A model generated the notes under the pieces. It was not told the DNA's origin, made no database searches, and was given only the letters and a program-made list of their open reading frames with translations. 49,612 nt of DNA, taken from positions 1 to 49,612 of the forward strand of contig CAYRGZ010000002.1 in NCBI GenBank assembly GCA_964423785.1. Direction: 5' to 3'. The stretch comes from an uncultured Desulfobulbia bacterium (GTDB lineage: Bacteria > Desulfobacterota > Desulfobulbia > Desulfobulbales > S012-135). This document shows, in pieces, positions 35,201 to 42,924 of this stretch. The translations under genes and the position numbers were made by a program. Position 1 is the stretch's first letter, and each line of letters starts with the position of its first letter.

Positions 35201-38200
35201 TCCGGCCCGCTGCAGGTAGTTGGCCGGGTTGGGCGGTGCGTTGTGCATGGCGACTGCCGACAGACCGCCGATATCGACACCCATCTCCATGGTGGTGGAG
35301 CAAGAGAGCAGGTTGATCCTGCCGACCTTGAAGTCTCGCTCTCGCTCCGTCAGGGTGACGGCAGGGAGCTGGGCCGAATGTTCGGCGCAGCGGAAATACC
35401 TGCTGAACTCGGCTATCCGGTCATTGACGTTCACCCATATTCCCTGGCGGCGCAGCGAGGTCACCGTCTCGTCCGTCTCCAGCCATCTTTCCGCCTGTTC
35501 AGGAGAACTCTTGGCCCAGAACGGGTCGGGTAGCACCGGCATGCTTATCCGTCGACAGCGTGCGAGTTCCGGGACCGGGTTCTCTGGGAGATAGGGCGTG
35601 ACACCACGGAACGTCACCGGAAGAACCCTCCGAGTAACCGGACAGAACCATGCCTCACGCACTTGGCATATTTCCGCCTGGTCCGCCATGTTCAGGACAT
35701 ATCCCTTCTCCGTGGCAGTCAGCACGGTGCGGCAGTCCTCCCACAGCGCCCGTAGCAATTCCTCGATGGTGTGGCGCTGATCGGTATCCTCCAGATTCAG
35801 TTCCAATGCATGGGCCAGCATCCGCACCAGGCGGGACCGCCGCCTACCGGGCGTGGCCGTAGACGGCCACGTCTCGTGGATAAAGAGCTTTTCCTCTTCC
35901 CGACCCGGTGGCAGCATCACAGTGGGGCGACCTGGGTAGCCAATCCAGCGCATGGTATCTTTGCCGATGGCCACCGCTGTCTTGAATCTCACGGCAAAAT
36001 CCAGGAAGATCCGCGCCAACACACGCCATTCTTCGTCGGAGATCCGCAGCCGGGCCGCAACGTCCGGCACGCGGTCGATCTTCTTCAACCCACTGTAGTC
36101 GATGGCGAGCATGCCGTTGGTTTCCAGAGACCATTGCCGTTTCGGCCTGCGGAAGAATTCCCGCCACAGGCAAAGCTCGGCCAGTTGGTTGTTCTCCAGC
36201 CCCAAACACTGCTCTTTTAGAGTCGGAAGTAAGTGGCGATTGAAAATCGGATTGCTCAGCAACAGATCGCGAGCTTCGATCCATTGCATCCTGCCAATAG
36301 GCGATGATGCAAGTTCTGCCAATTCCTTTTTCTTCTCCTCGAGAAGATTCTGTAAGACAGGACTGCCACGTGCCAATCTCTCAAGCTCGGCAACTTCGTT
36401 TTCAAGTTTTTCTCGTTTTCCTTCGGTGTCGAGTGGTCTTTTGTTTGCCACGCCATGGTAGAGTAGACTACGGACGAAGTCCCGTTCCGCGGCCATTTGC
36501 ATCTTCACGGCAATCCTTGCCGTTCCCTGTCGGCTATCCGTAAAACTCAAAATCCTGCGGCCATCCCACGGCAGGAGATCCTTGCCCCCCATGGGAGGTA
36601 GATGGCCGAGCAGGAGCGGGATGGCGGTCTGCAGAAAGAACGGCGCCCCAAGTCGGACGGGAATCCCGAGCCGGCCGTATCGCTCCGGCTCATTGCAAAA
36701 CGGACAGTGGATGACATCACCCTCGTCTGGCCCGAGGAGATGAATGGGAACCCCGCCGCTCCTTTCTCCGCGCCAGTCGAGAACACCATCGGCAAGCAGG
36801 GTAACCCTATTCCCCTTGGGCGGGGCCACGATTATCCGCCGCAGGCCCGGACCGACCGACTTTTCGACATCGTCGCCGTTGTCATCGATACTTTCCTGGT
36901 CCACGGGGTCGAGCTCCTGCCGGAATTCGTCCTCATCGATTTCATAGACATCCGGATTGAGCCGATCCTCGCCCTCGAGCGACTGCTCCAGAACCGCCAG
37001 ATGCTCATCCCCGCAATGCCGGCACTGCATCAGCTCGAAGACGGGAAACCCGCAGGCATCACAGGATTTATGGCGTTCGAGAAAAACCTTGCCAAAGGGC
37101 CATTCCTCGTCGTCCAGTCTGGTATTCTTCCTGCCCTCACACTCGGGGTTGGCGCAGGCCCAGAGTCCGGCCAGTGTTCTCTGGAAAAGATGGCCCCGTA
37201 AGGGCAGAAAGGCCCCCTGCCCCTTTCCTCCGACAGCCTGGGTAGCCAAGTCGAGCAGTTCCAGACTACGGGACAGGGTTTCGGTCTCCCTTTTTCGAAA
37301 GATCCTCTCGGCAATCTCGGACAGGGTATGTGCTCTCCTGGCCAACGCTGTCCGCAGTTCACGCATGGCCGGCTGGCCGCAGAGCATCATGAACCGCTTC
37401 TCCGGCTCCGCCTTCCGTAGGGCACGAAGGTCCGGCACGATGCCGTTTCCTGTCCTCGTCTCTACCTCGGGCAGCTCCGGGATCTCCCGCTCTCCCATGA
37501 CAACGCTGATCCGCGAGGGGCTTACCCCGGCAATGTCGGCGAGAAACTCTCTGAGGCGGTCGGCGGCATCCTCTCCGTCGGCGATGGTTGCCGATGTGGC
37601 GATGAAATGGACATCCTCGGGCCGGCAGCCGAAACCATGCAGCACCCGGCGCAGCAGTAAGGTCAGTTCGGCAGCCTGGGAACCGATGTAGGTGTGGGCC
37701 TCGTCGATGACGATCCAGCGCAGCTTCCCCTGTGACGCATCCAGGATCGGCCGGTCATCGTTGCGGACGAGCATGTACTCCAGCATGGTGGCATTGGTCA
37801 CCAGAATGGGCGGCGGTTCGTTGCGTAGCCTCTTCCTATCCGCGACCTCGCTCTTCCATCGTGAAGCCCTGGCCTCGAGAGGGGTCTCCCCGTTGTACAG
37901 GCAATACCTGATCTTGCCGCCAAACGGCTCGGACCAGGCGGTCAGCCGATCCTTCTGGCTCTTGATCAGGGCATTGAGCGGATACAGAAACAGTGCCCGC
38001 ACCCCGACGAGTCTCTCCTGTCTCTGCTCCACTTCCCGGGCAAGGTCGTTGAGGATGGGAATGAGAAAACACTCGGTCTTGCCGGAGCCCGTGCCGCTCG
38101 ACACGAGAACGGAGCGCGGCGGCGTGACCGACAGGGCCTCCCATGTCTCCAACTGATGCCTGTATGGACGGCGATTCTCGGGAAAGACATAATCCTCGCT

Positions 38201-38476
38201 CATGCCTTCCACTTTGGTGGCTAGAGCCTTGACCAGTGACGGCTGTAAGAGGGAACCGGCAAGATCGGCGAAGGTCTTGTCCGCAGATTTCCAGCCAAAG
38301 GTGGTCTCGAAGACCAAGTCGGCCAGAAAGGAATGTTCCATCCCCGGCTGCTGCTCGAAAAGCTTTCTCAAGTGCTCGCGTAGCGGGTTGTTGCGAAAGC
38401 TCAGAATGCCAAGAGAGGCCCGGGTGGCCCCGCGGTTCAGATGCCTGACAAGGGAAGTGAAGAAAGTGTCGGTCAT
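32255..38476 (-). CDS. druE: Very large DEAD/DEAH-box helicase with DUF1998-type Zn-Cys module; DruE-like (Druantia)
   Basis: 2073 aa. Helicase motifs: VSSGTGSGKTECFLIPIL (I), VIDEAHTY (II), TSATIAD (III), TTMEMGVDIGGL (V) and QRAGRAGRRG (VI). Downstream Cys clusters are CLVCGAV...CQYCGNG, CLRCGR and CPRNCDSACQACLLTY, typical of DUF1998/MrfA-type Zn binding. The size and the large gene immediately upstream fit Druantia type III. The SD GGAG lies 9 nt before the ATG. Confidence 0.7.
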   Translation of the reverse strand: MTDTFFTSLVRHLNRGATRASLGILSFRNNPLREHLRKLFEQQPGMEHSFLADLVFETTFGWKSADKTFADLAGSLLQPSLVKALATKVEGMSEDYVFPENRRPYRHQLETWEALSVTPPRSVLVSSGTGSGKTECFLIPILNDLAREVEQRQERLVGVRALFLYPLNALIKSQKDRLTAWSEPFGGKIRYCLYNGETPLEARASRWKSEVADRKRLRNEPPPILVTNATMLEYMLVRNDDRPILDASQGKLRWIVIDEAHTYIGSQAAELTLLLRRVLHGFGCRPEDVHFIATSATIADGEDAADRLREFLADIAGVSPSRISVVMGEREIPELPEVETRTGNGIVPDLRALRKAEPEKRFMMLCGQPAMRELRTALARRAHTLSEIAERIFRKRETETLSRSLELLDLATQAVGGKGQGAFLPLRGHLFQRTLAGLWACANPECEGRKNTRLDDEEWPFGKVFLERHKSCDACGFPVFELMQCRHCGDEHLAVLEQSLEGEDRLNPDVYEIDEDEFRQELDPVDQESIDDNGDDVEKSVGPGLRRIIVAPPKGNRVTLLADGVLDWRGERSGGVPIHLLGPDEGDVIHCPFCNEPERYGRLGIPVRLGAPFFLQTAIPLLLGHLPPMGGKDLLPWDGRRILSFTDSRQGTARIAVKMQMAAERDFVRSLLYHGVANKRPLDTEGKREKLENEVAELERLARGSPVLQNLLEEKKKELAELASSPIGRMQWIEARDLLLSNPIFNRHLLPTLKEQCLGLENNQLAELCLWREFFRRPKRQWSLETNGMLAIDYSGLKKIDRVPDVAARLRISDEEWRVLARIFLDFAVRFKTAVAIGKDTMRWIGYPGRPTVMLPPGREEEKLFIHETWPSTATPGRRRSRLVRMLAHALELNLEDTDQRHTIEELLRALWEDCRTVLTATEKGYVLNMADQAEICQVREAWFCPVTRRVLPVTFRGVTPYLPENPVPELARCRRISMPVLPDPFWAKSSPEQAERWLETDETVTSLRRQGIWVNVNDRIAEFSRYFRCAEHSAQLPAVTLTERERDFKVGRINLLSCSTTMEMGVDIGGLSAVAMHNAPPNPANYLQRAGRAGRRGEAGALSYTLCNSTPHGEAVFRNPLWPFTARLAAPRVSLHSRYIVQRHVNALVLSVFLGESAPDDLHRLTAGWFFESQDDEISAPWRRFVDWCSGPAEEHDGLRTGMRLLLRRTCLEGSSARETLDECSAMLKRAAEGWLDEVGALLKHLDNVKTPDGDSAAERAIGLQLQRFRKEYLLSELTTRGYLPGYGFPGEVVSLITTTAEELSRRRESKSREDNRMMRAGYPARDVAIAIRDYAPGTDTVLNGRVYRCGGVTLNWHIPADQEGPPELQSFRWIWRCLVCGAVGDSPVRPAICQYCGNGKQNHIKSYEYLQPSGFAVDIRHEPHNRIDVPQYIPVVDPLVSMGNAEWVTLPSVALGRCRVSSEAMIIHRTDGLYGNGYALCLRCGRADSMTPSGELPRIFTDAQGEPKPHKPLRGGKTVPGGEQDCPGSHEPWAIKRDLRLGVSRRTEVFELQLYSVTGQPVDETAAYTIGVALRRALAEKLGIVEREIGVTVAPVLDRDGHSIHSLYLHDTASGGAGYVSQAIHLLPELFERVRDNLACPRNCDSACQACLLTYGTQYHIDKLDRNHALKLVDDRFMALWGLPQSLQVFGPETRLEMEPLALALRREYQKISAHEVRIFLAGDPRLWEPISWRLVDELRSLNQAGVKIDMVIPEETLDRLEPSQLDELIALSTMVGVPHVYCPKSAPVLTEGKAKMYRAVEIGSERASVRWAASREETLVPGQEWGTGSGEGQFVRIREDRALEAVPDVWSIRKVVDLGKVDRDTMTIEIGHEMDGNLDDFGTKAWSLLLSKDEGLKRKLTVEVPLSEVAYSDRYLCSPLMALLLRNLLKALKTFSGGIVDATKVRVTTANLHSNTSRPTTYLYHNWQNNRIRRQVYNILFDWCLDFIFDDALSRRDLPHARVLTLSWPDGTGYEIRLDQGVGYWGIDGGSAPFPFHQRAEHQAECLLKTQIAIKAMSRSHATSWYVRQA

Positions 38477-38501
38477 CGTCCGGCTCCAAAAGGATCGTTC
38501 C

Positions 38502-41500
38502 TCAACACAAGGCCGTCAGTTCGAGGCAAAGGGCAAAGGCAAAGGCCATGTCGAACCAGTCGCGGTCGAAATTGCGCAATTCCTGCAATTCGAAGAGGAC
38601 ATCCTTGTCACAAGACTCTCCTCTGGCTGCGATGAACGCGGCGACGAAGGGTGCGCAGCGCACCGGGCGGTAGAATCGGCTCAAATTGTGAAAGACGAAC
38701 TCCTCTCTGAACCCTGGCCGCGTTACCCATTTCAAGATCCGACGACCCGGTGGATATTTTTCGTCAGCGTTGTGTCGGTTCTGGAATTTCCGCTCTTCTT
38801 CCCTGATGAAACCAAGGATCACGTCCGGAGCCTGCCGGGCAAGCATGAGCTCGCTGTTGTCGAGCGTCTGAGCCGGGAATAGAGTTAGAGAAAGCCAGTC
38901 ACAGACTTGACGAAAAAACGGCTGCCGGCCCGATACCCTCTCACGAAAGGCGAGAAAGTCATCACGAACATATCTCTCGCCGTCAGGTAGATCCGCAAGG
39001 GCCTGCCGCATAGCGCCGAAATAGTTTTCAGCAGACTTCTTCCAGTCCCCGACCGGGACGAGATGCCAGGAGAAGGGTAGAGCGTCGGCCAGGGACCACA
39101 CCGTATCGAAATCATCGTCGGAGCTTCTCAGAAGAGCCATGACCATGGTTTGCGGATGGCCGACCATGGCACTCAGCAGATCATAGGTGCAGGCGGGATA
39201 ACGGCGGCTCAAGGCCACGAAGGTGTCGACCCGCGGCCAGTCGGGATGATTTGGGTCGTCGGCGAGCCGCTGGAGTAGCTCGTCCATCAACCGTTGTCTG
39301 AGATCGGCGTCCGCCTGCCGGATGGCCTGCTCCAGCTCACCGCCGCCAGGGGCAGCCTCTCCGGCGACATTCCACAGCACAGGGCGAAACCGGGGCCAGT
39401 CGCCGTCCTCCCCCAGCACCAACCACGGCCCTGGTTCGAGTCGATCTGGTACTTCCCAGGAATCGCCGGTTCCGGTAAGTTCGAGAACGACCTGTTCCGC
39501 ATCCGGATCCCAGAGCCTCATCATCGATACCCGCAACCGCTGAGGCCATTCATCCCCCAGGTCACGCAGGGATTCCTCGCTCAACCGGATGATGCCTGCG
39601 TCGTAATCCGGAACAAACCATGATTCGAAGAGACCGACCCGTAGCTCGGCCAAGACATCTCCGCCCTGGCCCAGGATGCGAATACTGCCCACGGCGTCGA
39701 GGTTGCCGGTAAGGGCCAGCCAGGACTTCACATCTTCTTGAATATGGAGGAGGTCGAACTCGCCACGGCCGTATTCGTCCGCCTGGATATGTCGTTCCAG
39801 AAAGAAACCGATGGGTTCGTCATGGGACCGAACATTGGCTTCCAGGACAAAGGACCGGTTGCCCAAGGGCTGCTGGACCACGGCCTGCACGACCGCGAGC
39901 CTGGAAACGGCCACCCTCGCGCCAGGGGGTAGAGCCTTTCCTCCGAGAACGAAGGCGGCGCTGCTACCGGGAAACGGCAAGGTCAGGGTGAGAAAACGGT
40001 TCTCATCCCAGTAGAGCCGGCAGGAAAACTGCGGCATCGGCAGGGGCAGTTCGGTACGGCAGAGGAGCCGCACGCCGTCATCGCATCTTTCCACGGCAAA
40101 CTGGTAGCCTTCGATCGTTTCCGGCCGGACATCCGCCAACCGACCATCGGTCAACTTCAGGACGCCGCTGGTGATGGAATTACCGATTCTTTCCGCCTGC
40201 ACGGCGAAGGAATCGGGAACGAGTTGAATCCTACGCAAGAGAAGCAAGCGGTCGTCCCTGTCGACATACCGTATCCAGACATCTCCGGCGCAGGCATCGA
40301 GATCCGTACTCCAGTCTTCCCCCCTGGCTGGCCGCCAACTCGCCCTGGCCCCGGCAACGTCTTTGCGCAGGCCGCTTCGGCCGATGGAGACGAGACGAGG
40401 AATGCCACGATACGGCGGCGTTCCACCGAGAGAGACGGGCAAGGACAACTGCGGACCATCGAGAACCAGCTCTGCGGCCAGTTCCTCGACCGTGGAGCAT
40501 TGAAATGGCACGACGCCTACACCAGGATGTCGCCACCTTCCGCTGCCCCGCAACAAGAACACCATTCGCCCGCATTCAGTCGCTTCCCCCTTTGGCTCGG
40601 CCTCGCCGTCGAACTCCCCTGTCGGGGGTGCCAGGGCATAGACGCTTTCCGCCCTGGTCTTGACCGCCCCCTCGCCAATGAACCGCAGCTCGTTGTCATG
40701 GGCCTCGAAGAACCAGGGGAGTTCGCCAAGCTCCTGCTCGCCGGGGACGGAAAACCGATATTTCCCTTGTCCGTCACTGAGATAAAGTGCCGTGCCCGCG
40801 ACAGCGGCCCTGCCGGCAAGCCTGACGCCTCCCCTTGGCAAGATTTCACAACGGTAAACGGCTTCATCGCCTTTGCCCCTGAGAAGGGTCAGTAGGGCAA
40901 CCTGTTCCTGTATCCCGGCAGCCTGCAGAAACAGGCGCAGCCGGGGAATCTCCGTTATCTTTCTGTTGTTGCTCAGCTGCTGCAGGGCCAGGCCCGAAAT
41001 CTTTCTGGGAAGCTCGAGGCTCATCGACAGGGACCAGTGGCGGTCCCCGCGGACGAGGAGCCGCCGCCAGCGGATGTGATGGCGGGCAAGGCGTACACTC
41101 TCGTCCATCAGATTCTTGAGCAGCGCCTTGGCGATGTCGTTTTCCAACGGCAAGGGCAGCTCCATACGCCAGTCCGGCCTCTGATCATCGAGAGCGGCTA
41201 CGGGATCTTCGGTGTCCCCAACCAATTCCTGCAACTCGATGATTTTTCCTATCAGCTCGTCGCTCAACGAAAAAACGATCTCCTGCCTCAAGGAGGGGGG
41301 GAGATCGGCAGCACAGCGCCGAGCCAGAGGCAGTCTCTGCAGCACGCCGAACTTCTTTTCCTCATGATATACGTTTAGTACATTGCGAAAGAACTTCCTC
41401 AGAGATGCATTTTCCTTCTGCAGTAGCTTCAGCGGCAATCCACCCTCACAGGCAATGGTCACCAGAAACCGGCGGCTGCTTGCCGTTGTCAGCAATGGCC

Positions 41501-41822
41501 TCTTCCACCACTTCAGGCCATGCTCGACCACGGACGCAATCCAATTATGGCTGGGAACTTCCTGGCCGATTTCATTGAACACGGTTTCCCAGGCCCAACG
41601 ACCACCGTCATGACGGCGCCGCCAGGTCTCGGCAGCAAACAGACAGAACAACCGGTCGAAAACGAGACTCTGGCCTGCCCTTCCCCTGGCAAACTCCTGC
41701 CGGACCAGCTCCCTGAGTTCCAGATAATCTTTTTCCCTGATCTTGTACGCGTACAAAGGCCTGCCGTCGGGTTCTGCTGCCCTGCACGAGATGAAGAGCA
41801 CTTTGATGAGCCAGTTGTTCAT
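38502..41822 (-). CDS. Large protein of unknown function directly upstream of the DruE-like helicase; DruH-like by position and size
   Basis: About 1106 aa from MNNWLIKVLF (ATG at 41822, SD GGAGG 9 nt upstream); the listed ORF extends to 41894. I see no recognisable catalytic motif. The stop is 25 nt before the druE-like start. The assignment rests on synteny and size only. Confidence 0.5.
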   Translation of the reverse strand: MNNWLIKVLFISCRAAEPDGRPLYAYKIREKDYLELRELVRQEFARGRAGQSLVFDRLFCLFAAETWRRRHDGGRWAWETVFNEIGQEVPSHNWIASVVEHGLKWWKRPLLTTASSRRFLVTIACEGGLPLKLLQKENASLRKFFRNVLNVYHEEKKFGVLQRLPLARRCAADLPPSLRQEIVFSLSDELIGKIIELQELVGDTEDPVAALDDQRPDWRMELPLPLENDIAKALLKNLMDESVRLARHHIRWRRLLVRGDRHWSLSMSLELPRKISGLALQQLSNNRKITEIPRLRLFLQAAGIQEQVALLTLLRGKGDEAVYRCEILPRGGVRLAGRAAVAGTALYLSDGQGKYRFSVPGEQELGELPWFFEAHDNELRFIGEGAVKTRAESVYALAPPTGEFDGEAEPKGEATECGRMVFLLRGSGRWRHPGVGVVPFQCSTVEELAAELVLDGPQLSLPVSLGGTPPYRGIPRLVSIGRSGLRKDVAGARASWRPARGEDWSTDLDACAGDVWIRYVDRDDRLLLLRRIQLVPDSFAVQAERIGNSITSGVLKLTDGRLADVRPETIEGYQFAVERCDDGVRLLCRTELPLPMPQFSCRLYWDENRFLTLTLPFPGSSAAFVLGGKALPPGARVAVSRLAVVQAVVQQPLGNRSFVLEANVRSHDEPIGFFLERHIQADEYGRGEFDLLHIQEDVKSWLALTGNLDAVGSIRILGQGGDVLAELRVGLFESWFVPDYDAGIIRLSEESLRDLGDEWPQRLRVSMMRLWDPDAEQVVLELTGTGDSWEVPDRLEPGPWLVLGEDGDWPRFRPVLWNVAGEAAPGGGELEQAIRQADADLRQRLMDELLQRLADDPNHPDWPRVDTFVALSRRYPACTYDLLSAMVGHPQTMVMALLRSSDDDFDTVWSLADALPFSWHLVPVGDWKKSAENYFGAMRQALADLPDGERYVRDDFLAFRERVSGRQPFFRQVCDWLSLTLFPAQTLDNSELMLARQAPDVILGFIREEERKFQNRHNADEKYPPGRRILKWVTRPGFREEFVFHNLSRFYRPVRCAPFVAAFIAARGESCDKDVLFELQELRNFDRDWFDMAFAFALCLELTALC

Positions 41823-42006
41823 GCCCCCCCGCCTCCATAGCCATTGTTGGTTTCTGGTTTGGAGTCTACGCTGTTTTACTCTTGCTGGAGCCAAGCTCTT
41901 CTGGCTCCACAGAGCCGGACATCAAACTGGCGGCGTAACCCACGAAATTATCCACCTATCCACCTTATTCCGGCCGCCAAACTGTCCAACGATAGGGGGC
42001 CCACCT

Positions 42007-42924
42007 CTATGGACGTTCGGTCCGTCTCCCGATCAGGAGCATCGGTTCTGCAGCTGGATCGAACTCGGTCGTCGCAGGGTCGTATTGTCGGCAGCGAGTC
42101 TCGTATTGTTTCTTGTCGAGGAGCATGATGTCGTCGCTCTCGCCGTCGTGACCGGAGTCGAGACCGTGGAGAAAGGTGACTCCTCCGAGGTCGGTCAGAA
42201 TGTAACGGTTGTGGAGTCGTTGTCCGTTGGGGCGCTCCCGCCAACGGAAGAGGGTCACCCGGAGGCCCTTGGGGATCGCCTTCTCGTAAGAATCTCGCAG
42301 CCATTCGCTTGAGGCGCCGTCGTCCCCGGTATGTATCTCGATGGCATCCGGTGGTCCCACCGGCCGCTCTGCCGCCAGCAGCCTCAGGAAGGCGCTCAAG
42401 GAGCTCCTGTGCCGGGTCTTGGCCAGCACGAAATAGGGATCGACGAACTTCACCCACCGGCAGCGGCCGAGGAGCATTGCCAGTGCCTCGGCCATCTCCT
42501 GGGCGTTGCGGACGACGACCTTGCCGTGAGGCGTGTCCCATCCAGGACATGGCGAAATGGCTATGTCGTCTTCCTGCAGGATCGCCTCGTCGTCGTTTGG
42601 ATTGGCTCGAGCGAGGATCCTTCTGAAGGGATGGCGCTCGTGCTCGATGACGGCGTTCGAGAGCCACTCCTTGGAGTCGTCCCAGTGATAGTTCTTGCGC
42701 TTCACGGATGCCTCTTTCATTCTGGCCAGGAGTTCCTCGAGTCTCTTGCGCTCCATGTCGTCCGTGCTCTCGAACGCCGTCCAGACCATTCGTACCCAAT
42801 GTCTTGGATAGCGGGAGACGACTCGTCCCTTGCCAATGCCGAATGCGTCGATGAAGAACCGGCAGTCGCGAACGTTCCCCCACTTCGCGACCATTTCCGG
42901 CTCGAGGGCATACTCGTAGATCAT
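42007..42924 (-). CDS. Hypothetical partner protein of the ATPase; weak PLD-like HxRx4D motif
   Basis: 305 aa from MIYEYALEPEM. Its ATG overlaps the ATPase stop (ATGA, plus-strand tcat at 42921-42924). The C-terminal segment QRLHNRYILTDLGGVTFLHGLDSG loosely resembles an HxKx4D PLD motif with K replaced by R. The listed ORF starts at 42969. Confidence 0.55.
   Translation of the reverse strand: MIYEYALEPEMVAKWGNVRDCRFFIDAFGIGKGRVVSRYPRHWVRMVWTAFESTDDMERKRLEELLARMKEASVKRKNYHWDDSKEWLSNAVIEHERHPFRRILARANPNDDEAILQEDDIAISPCPGWDTPHGKVVVRNAQEMAEALAMLLGRCRWVKFVDPYFVLAKTRHRSSLSAFLRLLAAERPVGPPDAIEIHTGDDGASSEWLRDSYEKAIPKGLRVTLFRWRERPNGQRLHNRYILTDLGGVTFLHGLDSGHDGESDDIMLLDKKQYETRCRQYDPATTEFDPAAEPMLLIGRRTERP

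Noticed and set aside
21689-38476. DISARM (SNF2 DrmD-like, N6-MTase and a DUF1998 helicase all present in the window)
   Set aside because: The DUF1998 helicase is on the opposite strand in a different island, separated from the SNF2/MTase genes by a housekeeping EPS operon and a tRNA junction. No PLD DrmC or separate DrmA/DrmB genes accompany the SNF2 gene.
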